IMG/VR virus record: IMGVR_UViG_3300003890_000025
Location: 1 to 64,000 of that record
Reading direction: 5' to 3' (one strand)
DNA: 64,000 nt
From: a virus
The translations under genes and the position numbers were made by a program. This document shows, in pieces, positions 31,394 through 41,212 of this stretch; the first letter of the stretch is position 1, and every line of letters starts with the position of its first letter. Under the pieces are notes generated by a model that saw only the letters and a list, made by a program, of their open reading frames with translations, was not told where the DNA came from and did not search any database.

Positions 31394-31404
31394 TTCGTCT
31401 CACC

Positions 31405-33447
31405 TTATCCTATATTTTTATTTAAACCCTCTTCAGCCGTTACTGGTAGGTCTTGAAAAGGTTCTGGGGGGGATGGCATACGTGGGGAAGCTATATTCTG
31501 CGCAGCCTCAGTTCCTACTGGTACTTGGTCCATCAGTTCTGGTGGGATAGTCTCATCTTCTTGTATATTAGCGCCCTCAGGACCTATGGGCTGCTCTGCT
31601 GGATTAGGCGGTAACGGTTGCTGATTAGTTAAGGCTAGCTCTCCAGGATCAGTGACCCTTAATAAATTGACATGTTCTCTAATATGATCTAATACTATTT
31701 GCACTAAATTAGGATCAGCCCTTAAGTCTGGATCATTTAATAGAGCCTTATGTTCCATAACATGTAACTGATGTTTGTCTAAAGATAAAGCTGGTACTGT
31801 TTCGCCAGACATCATTTTCTCATTTTCTTTTCTAATTAATAATAACTCGGACTGCTGACCTTCTACAAGAGTTTCTAATTTACCTGTATTTAAAACAGTA
31901 AAATACTCTTCCACGTTATTAATAAGCCCCATTTGTATAAGTTGATTAGCTATTTCTAATCTACCAGCCGTGGTCCTAGATAAAGGGTTCGCAACTTCTA
32001 CTGCTACTCGATTAATAGATGCTAAATCATCCCCACTAAACTCTTCTAAATTAGCTTTCTGTGACTTACCTACTATAGCAGCTACTCTAGGTACTTTAGC
32101 GAATAATTGTAATAATCTAATAGTACCAGTTCCTACATTTTCTACTAATCTAATATAGGATTGTTGTAGTCCGTTAGCAAACTGTATAGCCTGCGCTTGT
32201 ACCATAGCCAAAGATGAGGCCGATCTTAAACTAGCTTCTGGCTGACCTCTAGTAACACTATTGATACCAGAAATTGTCTCCATCGCCTGTTCTAATCTAT
32301 CTATCATATTAAATATCTCGGCAGGAGTCTGTACTAAATTTAATGGCTCTGGCTTTGCTCCAGCTTGATTGTACTCTATTATGTTTAAGCCACCAGATAA
32401 ACTAGCTAAATTTATATCTGAACCCTTTGGTATTAGTATATTCTGCACCCCGAAAGCATTTTGATTAGTAAGAATTACACTATATAATGAGTTTAAAGAC
32501 TCTTGTAATGGCATTAACTCGAACATTATGGTAGAACCAAAAGGAGTGCCTAAAATGTCTGATGCTGCTATTCTATAAAGAGGTATTTCTGGGTAAGGTA
32601 GAGGACCATCATATAAAATAGCTTCTGGACTAACGAATACACAATATCTACCATCTGGTAAGGAGTCTGATTTTTTATGATAAAACTCCCAAACTTCAAT
32701 GTCATCCGTTTCAAACTCTTTTAAAGATGACACTTTAAATTTAATTAAATCTGATTTAGTAGGTGCTTCTAAAATTTTATCACTTATTTCTGGGTACTTA
32801 GCGGCTAGATCAAATCTATTTTTGTAGCTTCTACACATAATCCAATTATGTTGAGAGCTATCTTCTTTAGAACTATCCCTAATAACATCTAATGGAGATA
32901 AGTTTGTATATTTTATATCCCCTTCGTATATAGGTATCTGAGTTCCTGTCTCTTCATTTATCTCATAATCATAAATCTCACCGCTAGTAGAATCCCACTC
33001 CATTTTTATATAACCCTCAGTTAGTACCACAGCGTAGGTTACAGCTCTTTTTAGATGATCTTCTAAATTCTTCTCTTTTAAATAATACTCTAACAAGCCA
33101 TTAGCTAAATATGTTTGAGTTAGTGATTTATAGTCAGTGTTTACAGACCTAGCCTGAAAAGACGGCCTACTAGCCATTATCATATTTATTATATGATCTG
33201 CTATGTTGCGATAATGATTAACAGGCAGTTGTACCAACTCTCCCTGCTCTCCTGTGTAAGTTACTGAGTGACTTTCATCATCTTTAAAGAAATAACCATG
33301 ATAATATTGCCAAGATTTATAGATTTTATCTAAATATTGACTACTTATAGCCGATTTTTTAATAGCATCAGCCTTGTCTAGTAATTTCCTTGCTAAGGTA
33401 TTAGAGTCTTCAGTAGCAAAGTATTTGGTTTTATTATTATTACTCAT
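31405..33447 (-). CDS. portal protein (P22/T7-like)
   Basis: 680 aa directly after TerL; ISGIN...RG, GYIKMEWD; Pro-rich tail. Confidence 0.85.
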   Translation of the reverse strand: MSNNNKTKYFATEDSNTLARKLLDKADAIKKSAISSQYLDKIYKSWQYYHGYFFKDDESHSVTYTGEQGELVQLPVNHYRNIADHIINMIMASRPSFQARSVNTDYKSLTQTYLANGLLEYYLKEKNLEDHLKRAVTYAVVLTEGYIKMEWDSTSGEIYDYEINEETGTQIPIYEGDIKYTNLSPLDVIRDSSKEDSSQHNWIMCRSYKNRFDLAAKYPEISDKILEAPTKSDLIKFKVSSLKEFETDDIEVWEFYHKKSDSLPDGRYCVFVSPEAILYDGPLPYPEIPLYRIAASDILGTPFGSTIMFELMPLQESLNSLYSVILTNQNAFGVQNILIPKGSDINLASLSGGLNIIEYNQAGAKPEPLNLVQTPAEIFNMIDRLEQAMETISGINSVTRGQPEASLRSASSLAMVQAQAIQFANGLQQSYIRLVENVGTGTIRLLQLFAKVPRVAAIVGKSQKANLEEFSGDDLASINRVAVEVANPLSRTTAGRLEIANQLIQMGLINNVEEYFTVLNTGKLETLVEGQQSELLLIRKENEKMMSGETVPALSLDKHQLHVMEHKALLNDPDLRADPNLVQIVLDHIREHVNLLRVTDPGELALTNQQPLPPNPAEQPIGPEGANIQEDETIPPELMDQVPVGTEAAQNIASPRMPSPPEPFQDLPVTAEEGLNKNIG

Positions 33448-33466
33448 ACCTACTTCTATTTGTTTA

Positions 33467-34933
33467 TTACTTATTATTCTTTATAAATAAGCTCTTTATT
33501 GCATCAGCCGTTGAATTTATAACATCGGCACCCTTGTATAAAACAGACCCTGGTATTCTTCCCCAATCGTGTGGATAAGGATTTCTATGATACTGTATGT
33601 TTCTAATTAAATATACTAAACAATCTACTAAATCAAAGTGAGACCCCCTCTCTGTTCTTTCAAAAGTTTTTCTATTTTTAGTCCAAGTAGCCGTATGTAG
33701 CTGATATATAAGCTCTTTACATCTAGGATTAATTATTAATTGCTCAGAGTGTACTTTTAATCTTAACTCATTTATAGCAGTTGCTTTTTCGTCTTTCTTA
33801 GTAGGTATAAATAAAACTCCATGTAACCTATTTAAATCATTAAGAGTAATTAAATCATCATCTGATATTCTAATATAAACAGGCTGAACCTCTAGTGTTT
33901 TTGGATTCACCCACAATTGACTCTCTTTATCTTTTATTTTATTAGCTAATATCTCAGTTGTCATTTCAGTACCATTCAATAATAACTCATCCTCAACTAC
34001 TACTTTATTATTTTTAAAATCGTAGTAAGCGAATAACACACCAGTTTTATCTACAAACCCAAGATCCATTGACGTATAAGCGTCGTAACGCGGAGGTCGA
34101 GGCCACTCTTTAACAATTACAGACTCTTTTTCTTGTGTAAATTCTGGTACAACTGCCCTCTCTTGATTTACAATAAATTTACACATAAACTCACGCTGCC
34201 AAGTATCTGATAACTCTCCTCCAACCTCAGCCTTTAATTCTTCTACGGCCTCTAGTGTTAACCTATTACACATTGGAGGAGGATCGTTTTTTATACTATT
34301 TAAAACGTCGTATATATTCTTAAATAAGTATGAATTATTAGACTTAGCCTCAGCTACTAGGGTAGTATAATAATGCTCTGGTTCAACTGGAGGGGTAGAT
34401 GATATTATTATCTTACCACGAGTAGTTAATGTTTGTGGTAATAGTATATTTTTAATAAGATTTTCTAAATCATCCATAAAACCAGCCTCATCTACTATAC
34501 ATAAATGACTGGTTTGTCCCCTAAGTCTTTCTGCATTACCTTCATCAGTTCCTTCTATTTGAATAGACGATCCATTCTTAAAGGTATAAGATCTATCATG
34601 CCTAATATAACTAGGCCTTAAGTCTGAAGGACAGTCCTTTAATATATCAAACATGGTAGGTATTATAAACCTCTGCGCCATGAACGCTGTAGGACAGGCG
34701 TATCTTACTATAGTACCTGGATCTGATAAGGCTGCTTCTATAGCTATTATTAATAAAGAATATGATTTACCCATTCTTCTTGGGGCAGTTATAACTAGTT
34801 TACGTTGTTTTGATTTCTTATATAGATTATATACGTCTTTTTGAGCAGAGTCTAATTTCCAATGTAATACTCCTCGTCTCCAGAGCTTTTCTATTGCTAA
34901 ATCTTTAGTAGTAACTGCTGTTTTCTTTGTCAT
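33467..34933 (-). CDS. terL: terminase large subunit
   Basis: Walker A APRRMGKS, Walker B CIVDEAG, motif III SSTP, nuclease MDLGFVD and HFDLVD. Confidence 0.93.
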   Translation of the reverse strand: MTKKTAVTTKDLAIEKLWRRGVLHWKLDSAQKDVYNLYKKSKQRKLVITAPRRMGKSYSLLIIAIEAALSDPGTIVRYACPTAFMAQRFIIPTMFDILKDCPSDLRPSYIRHDRSYTFKNGSSIQIEGTDEGNAERLRGQTSHLCIVDEAGFMDDLENLIKNILLPQTLTTRGKIIISSTPPVEPEHYYTTLVAEAKSNNSYLFKNIYDVLNSIKNDPPPMCNRLTLEAVEELKAEVGGELSDTWQREFMCKFIVNQERAVVPEFTQEKESVIVKEWPRPPRYDAYTSMDLGFVDKTGVLFAYYDFKNNKVVVEDELLLNGTEMTTEILANKIKDKESQLWVNPKTLEVQPVYIRISDDDLITLNDLNRLHGVLFIPTKKDEKATAINELRLKVHSEQLIINPRCKELIYQLHTATWTKNRKTFERTERGSHFDLVDCLVYLIRNIQYHRNPYPHDWGRIPGSVLYKGADVINSTADAIKSLFIKNNK

Positions 34934-34941
34934 AATAACAG

Positions 34942-35250
34942 CTAATTATTACCTTCATCTTCATCTACTACGTTTATTAGGTTATTAGTATCTACAGTCT
35001 GAGCTATTTTTAATAAATCTTCTGTTTCTATAGATTCTTCTTCTTTAGAAACTACTGTAGCCGATATAGTAGTAGGGTCTCCTTTAGCTAACATTAGATT
35101 TTTTGTTAGTATATCGTATATTCTTACTTCCTCGAAAGTTAAAGTACGCTCTCTAGCAGCTTGTTTAAGTCTTTCTAGTTGCAACTCTGCTATTTCTTGA
35201 GAAGTACTAACTACCTGTACTATCGAGTCTATTTTTTTCTTTCTTGGCAT
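34942..35250 (-). CDS. possible terminase small subunit
   Basis: Position directly upstream of terL; helical; GGAGG RBS. Confidence 0.35.
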   Translation of the reverse strand: MPRKKKIDSIVQVVSTSQEIAELQLERLKQAARERTLTFEEVRIYDILTKNLMLAKGDPTTISATVVSKEEESIETEDLLKIAQTVDTNNLINVVDEDEGNN

Positions 35251-35295
35251 AAAAAAGTAGACCCTCCCTGGTCAAACAAGCTCTTCCTAAGAATA

Positions 35296-35547
35296 TTATT
35301 TTCTATATAGGCTCATAGTAGCTAACTTAGCTTCCATATTAGATATTCTAGTTTCGAGCTCTTCGGAAATACTCTTAGCTTTCCTGTGGTTTAAAAACTT
35401 TAATAGACCTTCTAGTACTATTATGGAGATACAGAGTAAAACTCCTCCAATAGGAAAATCTCCTCTAATAATAAAACTAGATACCATTGATACAAATGAA
35501 ATTAGAAACCAAGGCAATAAACCTAATTTATTAAACAAGTTATGCAT
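35296..35547 (-). CDS. 2-TM membrane protein
   Basis: Two hydrophobic helices and a coiled-coil tail. Confidence 0.55.
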   Translation of the reverse strand: MHNLFNKLGLLPWFLISFVSMVSSFIIRGDFPIGGVLLCISIIVLEGLLKFLNHRKAKSISEELETRISNMEAKLATMSLYRK

Positions 35548-35893
35548 TTACTTGACCTGATCCTTCTAAGTCTTTTTGTTCTTGTGCTTTAGCTTCTTCT
35601 TGCTTTTTGATTTCTTCATAAGCAGCTCTAGCAGCTTTAACCCACTCATGATTCTCATATTGAGATAGTAATTGCTTGTAGGTGGCTGTTAAAAATTCTA
35701 CTAGTTGTACAACTACTTTGGCGTGAGTCCCAGAAAAATTACCACTAATAACAGTACTTCTATAAGCAGTAAAATCTCCTAAAGCTTTTTCTAATTCTTT
35801 TACATCTTCTGGTCTTTGATTAAAATCAAACTTATTATATGATGAATTATCTTGGCTGTTATTGTTATTTAAATCTTGTGAGTTATCTGACAT
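35540..35893 (-). CDS. hypothetical protein
   Basis: AAGGAG RBS. Confidence 0.6.
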   Translation of the reverse strand: MSDNSQDLNNNNSQDNSSYNKFDFNQRPEDVKELEKALGDFTAYRSTVISGNFSGTHAKVVVQLVEFLTATYKQLLSQYENHEWVKAARAAYEEIKKQEEAKAQEQKDLEGSGQVNA

Positions 35894-36066
35894 ATTAAAT
35901 CTCCTTTTATACTGCCCTAAAAGGGTAAGTTATTGGTGAATCGTCCTATTTAAGGGTAGATTCTATTTATAGAGTTATTAACTGTCTTACAGCATTTTTT
36001 TCTAATATTTTCCCAAACATGGGATTATCTGCGTTAGTCATCAACTCTAACTATATTTGTTTACCT

Positions 36067-36231
36067 CTATTCCTGATTATTACTCTCTAAGAATAATATA
36101 ACCTTTTTAGAGATATCCAACTCTTCTTTTAATGCTCTAATTTTATCTTGAGCATCCCTTAAATCAGTCATTAGAGACTTCACCCTTTCCTCTAAGACTT
36201 TAATCCTATCTAAATATTCTGATTCAATCAT
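36067..36231 (-). CDS. 54-aa coiled-coil protein (not in ORF track)
   Basis: MIESEYLDRIKVLEERVK...; starts right after the upstream stop. Confidence 0.5.
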   Translation of the reverse strand: MIESEYLDRIKVLEERVKSLMTDLRDAQDKIRALKEELDISKKVILFLESNNQE

Positions 36232-36600
36232 TTACGCCTCTGGTATATCCTCATCTTTATTAAGTAAAGATTTAACCTCCTCTGAAAAAGTTTTGAAAAA
36301 CTCTTCTTCTTTTTCAGATATATTCTCAGTTTTTTCGGTATTATATTCATCGTCTTTGTTAAGAGAGGTTAAGAATTTATCCAACTCTGCTATAACTAAA
36401 TCCTTAGTTTTTTTATTTTTAGATTTATATGCTACAAATAACATTCCCTCTAATCCCTGAATAAGATATGTCCACTGTATTAGTAATAATTTTTTACTAG
36501 TCTCTGATTTCAAGTCTCTAATAGAGTTACATAAATCTTTTACAACTTCAACTATACTTCGTACTTGATCTACTGAAAGAGCTTTAATTTCTTGTTTCAT
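36232..36600 (-). CDS. hypothetical protein
   Basis: GAGGA RBS. Confidence 0.55.
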   Translation of the reverse strand: MKQEIKALSVDQVRSIVEVVKDLCNSIRDLKSETSKKLLLIQWTYLIQGLEGMLFVAYKSKNKKTKDLVIAELDKFLTSLNKDDEYNTEKTENISEKEEEFFKTFSEEVKSLLNKDEDIPEA

Positions 36601-36601
36601 A

Positions 36602-37354
36602 TTAATATATCCTCAAAAATTCTTTAATATCTTCTAGTGGAACCATATAACCATTTCTCATATCATTTGATGCAAACATAATACCCACTAAATTACCCCA
36701 GAAATTTACAGTAGCACTACCTGAATTCCCTGGGTATATTAATACATCTGTTTCATTAGCTTTTAATTTTCTAACACATAAATCAATATCAAAAAATTTA
36801 TATATAATTCCACTTCTATTAGAACACATCTCTTCAGTCAGTCCTATACCAACTAGTAAATTTACTTCTGTTTTTTCTAAAAAAGTACCTAAAGACTCTC
36901 TTAAAGGCCTAAGTCTAGGATGACCTATAACTCGAATTTTATCACCAATGTTTAAAGAACTAGCTACAGATATACCTTTTTTACCAGCCAGTGGCTCAAT
37001 TATACATAAATCATGATTTTTATAAATCTCTATAACTTTTCTTTTTATAACTCTATTAGAGTTAGGTACTGTTACTAGCACCTCTCTTTCACTAGAACTT
37101 AAAGCAGCCTGACATACATGAGCATTTGTAACTATATAAGAATTGCCACTATTAGCTTTAACATGAAATCCAGTTCCACCTGCTTGTTCTATTTCTGAAT
37201 GTAATACCTTTACAGTCACTAAACCAATTTTATTAAATAAATATTTGCCATGCCAAGTAGACGCATTTAATGCTATAAATACTATGACAGCTAATAAACT
37301 AGCTAAGCCTAGTATTTTTTTACTTTTTTTAAAAATAGTTTTAATATATCTCAT
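36602..37354 (-). CDS. trypsin-like (S1) serine protease, N-terminal membrane anchor
   Basis: Catalytic triad TNAHVC / HDLC / PGNSGS. Confidence 0.9.
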   Translation of the reverse strand: MRYIKTIFKKSKKILGLASLLAVIVFIALNASTWHGKYLFNKIGLVTVKVLHSEIEQAGGTGFHVKANSGNSYIVTNAHVCQAALSSSEREVLVTVPNSNRVIKRKVIEIYKNHDLCIIEPLAGKKGISVASSLNIGDKIRVIGHPRLRPLRESLGTFLEKTEVNLLVGIGLTEEMCSNRSGIIYKFFDIDLCVRKLKANETDVLIYPGNSGSATVNFWGNLVGIMFASNDMRNGYMVPLEDIKEFLRIY

Positions 37355-37393
37355 TTATTACCTTCCTATGTTATTGGTTTTAGTCATATATTT

Positions 37394-37446
37394 ATATTAC
37401 TACGTTAATATAATACTTGTCAATAGGTTTATTAACGTGCTATAAT
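37394..37446. promoter_or_regulatory. divergent sigma70 promoters
   Basis: Plus strand TTGTCA-18-TATAAT (37417-37446); minus strand TTGACA-18-TAATAT from 37423. Confidence 0.6.
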
Positions 37447-37452
37447 AAAAAT

Positions 37453-37602
37453 ATGATCAGATTACTAGTACCATACTTATTCCTAACACTAGGGTGGGCT
37501 AGTTATTTTAACTCAAAATCTAAATTAGATTATATAGTTACAATGATTATATTTATAATCGCATTTATACTATTTCTAATCGTATTGTTTAGGAGAAAAT
37601 AA
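37453..37602 (+). CDS. small 2-TM protein
   Basis: ATG 6 nt after TATAAT (leaderless); hydrophobic. Confidence 0.5.
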   Translation: MIRLLVPYLFLTLGWASYFNSKSKLDYIVTMIIFIIAFILFLIVLFRRK

Positions 37603-37856
37603 TGAAAAAAAGATATAAAAACAGAAAAAGAATAGAAAAAATGGCAGATAGGCTAGAAATGGCTGATATAACCAATAATGTATTAGTCCCAAACCCCATA
37701 ACTGGAGAAAAGGTTTATAAACTAGTCAATAATAGACGTAGACTAGTAAAAGGTATTCTAGCCTTACCTTTAGAAGAACAAGAGCGTAGACTAAATGAAA
37801 TGGAGCTAAGACTTAATAACTTGGAGAATAATAAAAATGATCCTAACAGCATCTGA
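37602..37856 (+). CDS. hypothetical protein
   Basis: AGGAG RBS; coupled to the upstream gene. Confidence 0.55.
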   Translation: MKKRYKNRKRIEKMADRLEMADITNNVLVPNPITGEKVYKLVNNRRRLVKGILALPLEEQERRLNEMELRLNNLENNKNDPNSI

Positions 37857-38373
37857 AATACTAAAGCGTCTTGATAAGGATATAATTATAACTCCGTTTA
37901 ACGTAAAACACTTAGCAGTAAATTCAGTAGACCTAACCTTAGATAAGACTTTAAAGGTCTATACAACGCCTGTATTAGACTTTAAGAAGGCTAATACTAC
38001 CATGGATATGGTTATACCAGAAGACGGTCTAGTTTTACAACCTGGTAGGGTTTATTTAGGTCAGACCGTTGAATATACAGAAACCAATAATCTAGTACCT
38101 GTGCTATATGGTAAATCTAGTACGGGTAGGCTAGGTTTATTCGTTCACGTAACAGCGGGTTTTGGTGATATAGGCTATAAAGGTACTTGGACTCTGGAAT
38201 TAGTAGCTACACAGCCAGTTAAAGTATACCCTAATATGAAAGTATGTCAAATTATCTACCACACTATTGAAGGTTCATCACTTAAGAAATATAAAGGTAA
38301 ATATCAAGGAGCTAGAGAAGTTATAGCTAGTAAGTCATTTGAAGATTTTAATTCTGATACTGATAAAAAGTGA
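37837..38373 (+). CDS. dcd: dCTP deaminase
   Basis: SVDLTL, GKSSTGRLG, AGFGD.GYKG.WTLE, GKYQG. Confidence 0.9.
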   Translation: MILTASEILKRLDKDIIITPFNVKHLAVNSVDLTLDKTLKVYTTPVLDFKKANTTMDMVIPEDGLVLQPGRVYLGQTVEYTETNNLVPVLYGKSSTGRLGLFVHVTAGFGDIGYKGTWTLELVATQPVKVYPNMKVCQIIYHTIEGSSLKKYKGKYQGAREVIASKSFEDFNSDTDKK

Positions 38374-38412
38374 ATAAGTAAAAAGGTATATAATTTATAT
38401 ATTACTATTACT

Positions 38413-39372
38413 CTACTCTGGGAGAGTACCTTCTCCTTTGAGTCTACCCTTGAGTCTTTCTAATAGTAAACGTCTCCTATTTCTAGCAGATTCTTCTTCC
38501 ATCTCTTTAATAGTTTTAGCTATATTTTCTTGTTCTCTCCTAAACTTATCACCTACTATAAATCCTTCATCACCGTGTTCTCTTAGGATCCTATTAGCCT
38601 CTTCTAGGTTACCTTCTTTTAGACTATCCTTATACCTCTGCAATAAGTCTTTTCTAGCCTCTTTAGCGTCTAGTATATCCACTGCCCTAGCTGCTTCTGG
38701 TTCTTTTACAGCTAATTCCATAGCCTTATGTCTAAGTCCAGTATCATCGCTAGTCATTAACCTATTTATCTCATTATCCTCTAGCTCATTTAATAAATCG
38801 TCAGTCCTACGATCCCTTAGTCTAGCACTAGCTAATCTTCTCCTAAACTCTTCAGGACTCTTAGAAGCTAGTCTTATAGTCTCTTCTTCAGCTAGCGGTA
38901 ATTCTCCACCTAACCAATCGTATTCAGGCAAATCAGACTCTGCCTTGCTAAGTTTAGTAGTCTTAGGTTTACTAGTAGATACTTCTTTAGCTAAGTCTCT
39001 CTCTACTTCTGATTTTAAAGCCTTTAACTCTCTGCCAGCGTATTTTGGTGCTATAGCTCCCTGTTCTGCTACTTCACCGAAACCACCTTTAGGTAAAGGT
39101 CTAGCTCTCCTCATAGACCTTAAAACTTCTGCTAGCTTACCACCCTTTTCTAATATTTTACTAGTTATAACTGGAGCAGCTCCTAAACTAGCTCCACCTA
39201 CTAATAAGCCACTTAAGTCATCAGGAGATGCGCCTATTACCTCACCTTCTTTATAAGGACTATAGCTTAGTAAGTTTACTAAGCCTTTTAGTATACCTGC
39301 TTCACTAGGTTCTATAGCTTGTTCTTTAGCTAGACGTTTATGTAATTCTTGTATACTTTCTTTGCGTGACAT
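38413..39372 (-). CDS. charged helical late protein (possible virion cargo)
   Basis: 319 aa with composition like the ejection proteins. Confidence 0.6.
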   Translation of the reverse strand: MSRKESIQELHKRLAKEQAIEPSEAGILKGLVNLLSYSPYKEGEVIGASPDDLSGLLVGGASLGAAPVITSKILEKGGKLAEVLRSMRRARPLPKGGFGEVAEQGAIAPKYAGRELKALKSEVERDLAKEVSTSKPKTTKLSKAESDLPEYDWLGGELPLAEEETIRLASKSPEEFRRRLASARLRDRRTDDLLNELEDNEINRLMTSDDTGLRHKAMELAVKEPEAARAVDILDAKEARKDLLQRYKDSLKEGNLEEANRILREHGDEGFIVGDKFRREQENIAKTIKEMEEESARNRRRLLLERLKGRLKGEGTLPE

Positions 39373-39375
39373 TTA

Positions 39376-39576
39376 TTAGTTCTTCTTGAAGAAGTCTCTT
39401 AGCTTTTTAAAAGCTGGTTCATTAAAAGGCTTAGACATTTCTTCTAGTGTCTGTCTACCTCTACCCCAACCAGCTTTAGCTAACTTTTCTCTATATTCTC
39501 TCTTACGTCTTTCTTTTTCTTCTTCGTCCAACTCTAAGTCTTTATCTTCTAAGTCTTTGTAATCACCTCTTGGCAT
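39376..39576 (-). CDS. small charged protein
   Basis: Start MPRG at 39576 with AGAGGG RBS. Confidence 0.55.
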   Translation of the reverse strand: MPRGDYKDLEDKDLELDEEEKERRKREYREKLAKAGWGRGRQTLEEMSKPFNEPAFKKLRDFFKKN

Positions 39577-39580
39577 ATTA

Positions 39581-39811
39581 TTAACCCTCTGTGTTAACGG
39601 ACAGCCCGTTAGAGGCTGTCCGATCTTCACTATATTTACCTTGTTTTATATCTTCTAAAGCTTTAAGGTAAGTTTCATTAGCTTCTTCTTCAGTTCTATG
39701 GTAACCGAAATGTTTAGGCTTACCATTAACTTTAATAACTACTTTCCATTTCTTAATTCTACGAGTTTTATCGTACGATACGCCTTTGTATTTAGATGAT
39801 TTAGGTAACAT
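39581..39811 (-). CDS. stand-alone AP2-domain protein
   Basis: SKYKGVSY.....KW.V.I..NGK.KHFGY..TEEEA...Y. Confidence 0.75.
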   Translation of the reverse strand: MLPKSSKYKGVSYDKTRRIKKWKVVIKVNGKPKHFGYHRTEEEANETYLKALEDIKQGKYSEDRTASNGLSVNTEG

Positions 39812-39824
39812 TATTAACCCTCTA

Positions 39825-40316
39825 TTGAGTATTTGTTTAACGTACTCAACCCAAACTAAGGAAGTCTATATAGGCTCATTCTATATAGTGTTGATACTGA
39901 CTATGTGGTAAATTTTGGGTAGGCTTCGCCTATATAGACCTATTATGTTTATAATAGAAAGGCCTTGTTAGGTTGACCGCCTAGTAACATTCTGCACCGT
40001 ACTCGGTTACCCCCTGACACTGACGCTAGTGGGTTAGGCTATGTCAGTAGAGAGGTGCTTTCGGGGCTAGGCTGTTACTGCCCATAGAAAGCCTCTTTCT
40101 CGCAGAGCTGTATGTTGTCTTTAGCTGGGTTATAAGGGTCTTAGCCTCTTTAGTCCAGCTCCATTTCAGCTTATTAAGCATCCCTGTAGACCTCACTCCG
40201 CTTGTCTCAGACTATACCCCCAGAGTCATACCTTATTTCAGGTGTTCCACTACCATAATTAGTAGTGTTCTGGGTTAAGACACGTTTTGTACTCTATACG
40301 TCACCGTATAGGTCGC
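39825..40316 (-). ncRNA. large structured ncRNA candidate (~490 nt), family unknown
   Basis: No ORF, GC-rich, many nested stems; extended -10 TGCTATAAT immediately upstream on the minus strand. Confidence 0.6.
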
Positions 40317-40322
40317 ATATTT

Positions 40323-40355
40323 ATTATAGCATATTAAATCCAAATATGCTATAAT
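40323..40355. promoter_or_regulatory. 13-bp perfect inverted repeat forming back-to-back extended -10 (TGnTATAAT) promoters
   Basis: ATTATAGCATATT-7 nt-AATATGCTATAAT. Confidence 0.7.
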
Positions 40356-40364
40356 TATTTTATT

Positions 40365-40643
40365 ATGTCTAAAGGTATGAAAACATTATTCTTTTTAAAC
40401 ATTTTCTATGAATTTATAAATAAATATGATTCTAAATTACCTTTATACGCCACTTATACAGAACTTGAATGTTTAAGTAATTCAGAAGAACTTAAGTGGG
40501 ATAACGGTAAGCCTGCAATAAAATTTCTAAGTAAATATAAACCAATTGATCGTAGAGCAGTTATAATAGCAGGACACTATTTCAAAAGTAATGAAAAATT
40601 ACAAACAATTAAAAACAGACTAGCAAGAAAGTCAATTATATGA
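40365..40643 (+). CDS. hypothetical protein
   Basis: Follows the promoter; ATGA-coupled to the exonuclease. Confidence 0.55.
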   Translation: MSKGMKTLFFLNIFYEFINKYDSKLPLYATYTELECLSNSEELKWDNGKPAIKFLSKYKPIDRRAVIIAGHYFKSNEKLQTIKNRLARKSII

Positions 40644-41212
40644 AACTCATAGCTATAGACCTAGAGCTTAATAACCCTAAAACTAATCAATCTATAATCC
40701 AAATAGGTGCAGTGGTAGGAGATTTAAATTTAAAAACTATTATTGAGGAATATAAAGCCAATATTCGACTACCTGAAGGTGAACTACTACAGGACTATAT
40801 TAGTAATTTAACTAATATCAAGCCCCAAGAAGTAGAAGGTAACGGATTAAGTCTAAAAGAGGCTGTAAAAGACCTCCATAACCTAGTCACTAAATACGAC
40901 TGTTTAAAATCGCCTATAACGTGGGGTGGAGGTGACTTGCCACTCTTACGTCAAAAGTACCTAGAATCTCTCAATGGTGAGCCTTTAAACACGTTTAATT
41001 GGCCTTTTGGTTGGAGGGAGCTGGACGTAAAAACAGTCTACCAGACTAGGTGTTTAGCTTTAGGCCTAAAACCACAGGGGTCTTTAGCTAAAAGTATGAC
41101 TAAACTAGGCCTGAGGTTTCAGGGGACTAAGCATAACGCATTAGATGACGCTAAGAATACTTTATTATTATATTATAAGTTATTGGAGGATTATAAAATT
41201 AGATTATGTTAA
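40640..41212 (+). CDS. DEDDh 3'-5' exonuclease (ERI-1/KapD-like)
   Basis: IDLE, WG..D, HNALDDA. Confidence 0.88.
   Translation: MKLIAIDLELNNPKTNQSIIQIGAVVGDLNLKTIIEEYKANIRLPEGELLQDYISNLTNIKPQEVEGNGLSLKEAVKDLHNLVTKYDCLKSPITWGGGDLPLLRQKYLESLNGEPLNTFNWPFGWRELDVKTVYQTRCLALGLKPQGSLAKSMTKLGLRFQGTKHNALDDAKNTLLLYYKLLEDYKIRLC

Noticed and set aside
38438-39256. 272-aa plus-strand ORF
   Set aside because: Ser/Leu-rich mirror of the E/K/R-rich gene 38413..39372.
40200-40225. Group I intron S-like element GGTATAGTC (minus strand)
   Set aside because: It lies near the 5' end of the RNA with no preceding P/Q/R elements and no interrupted gene.
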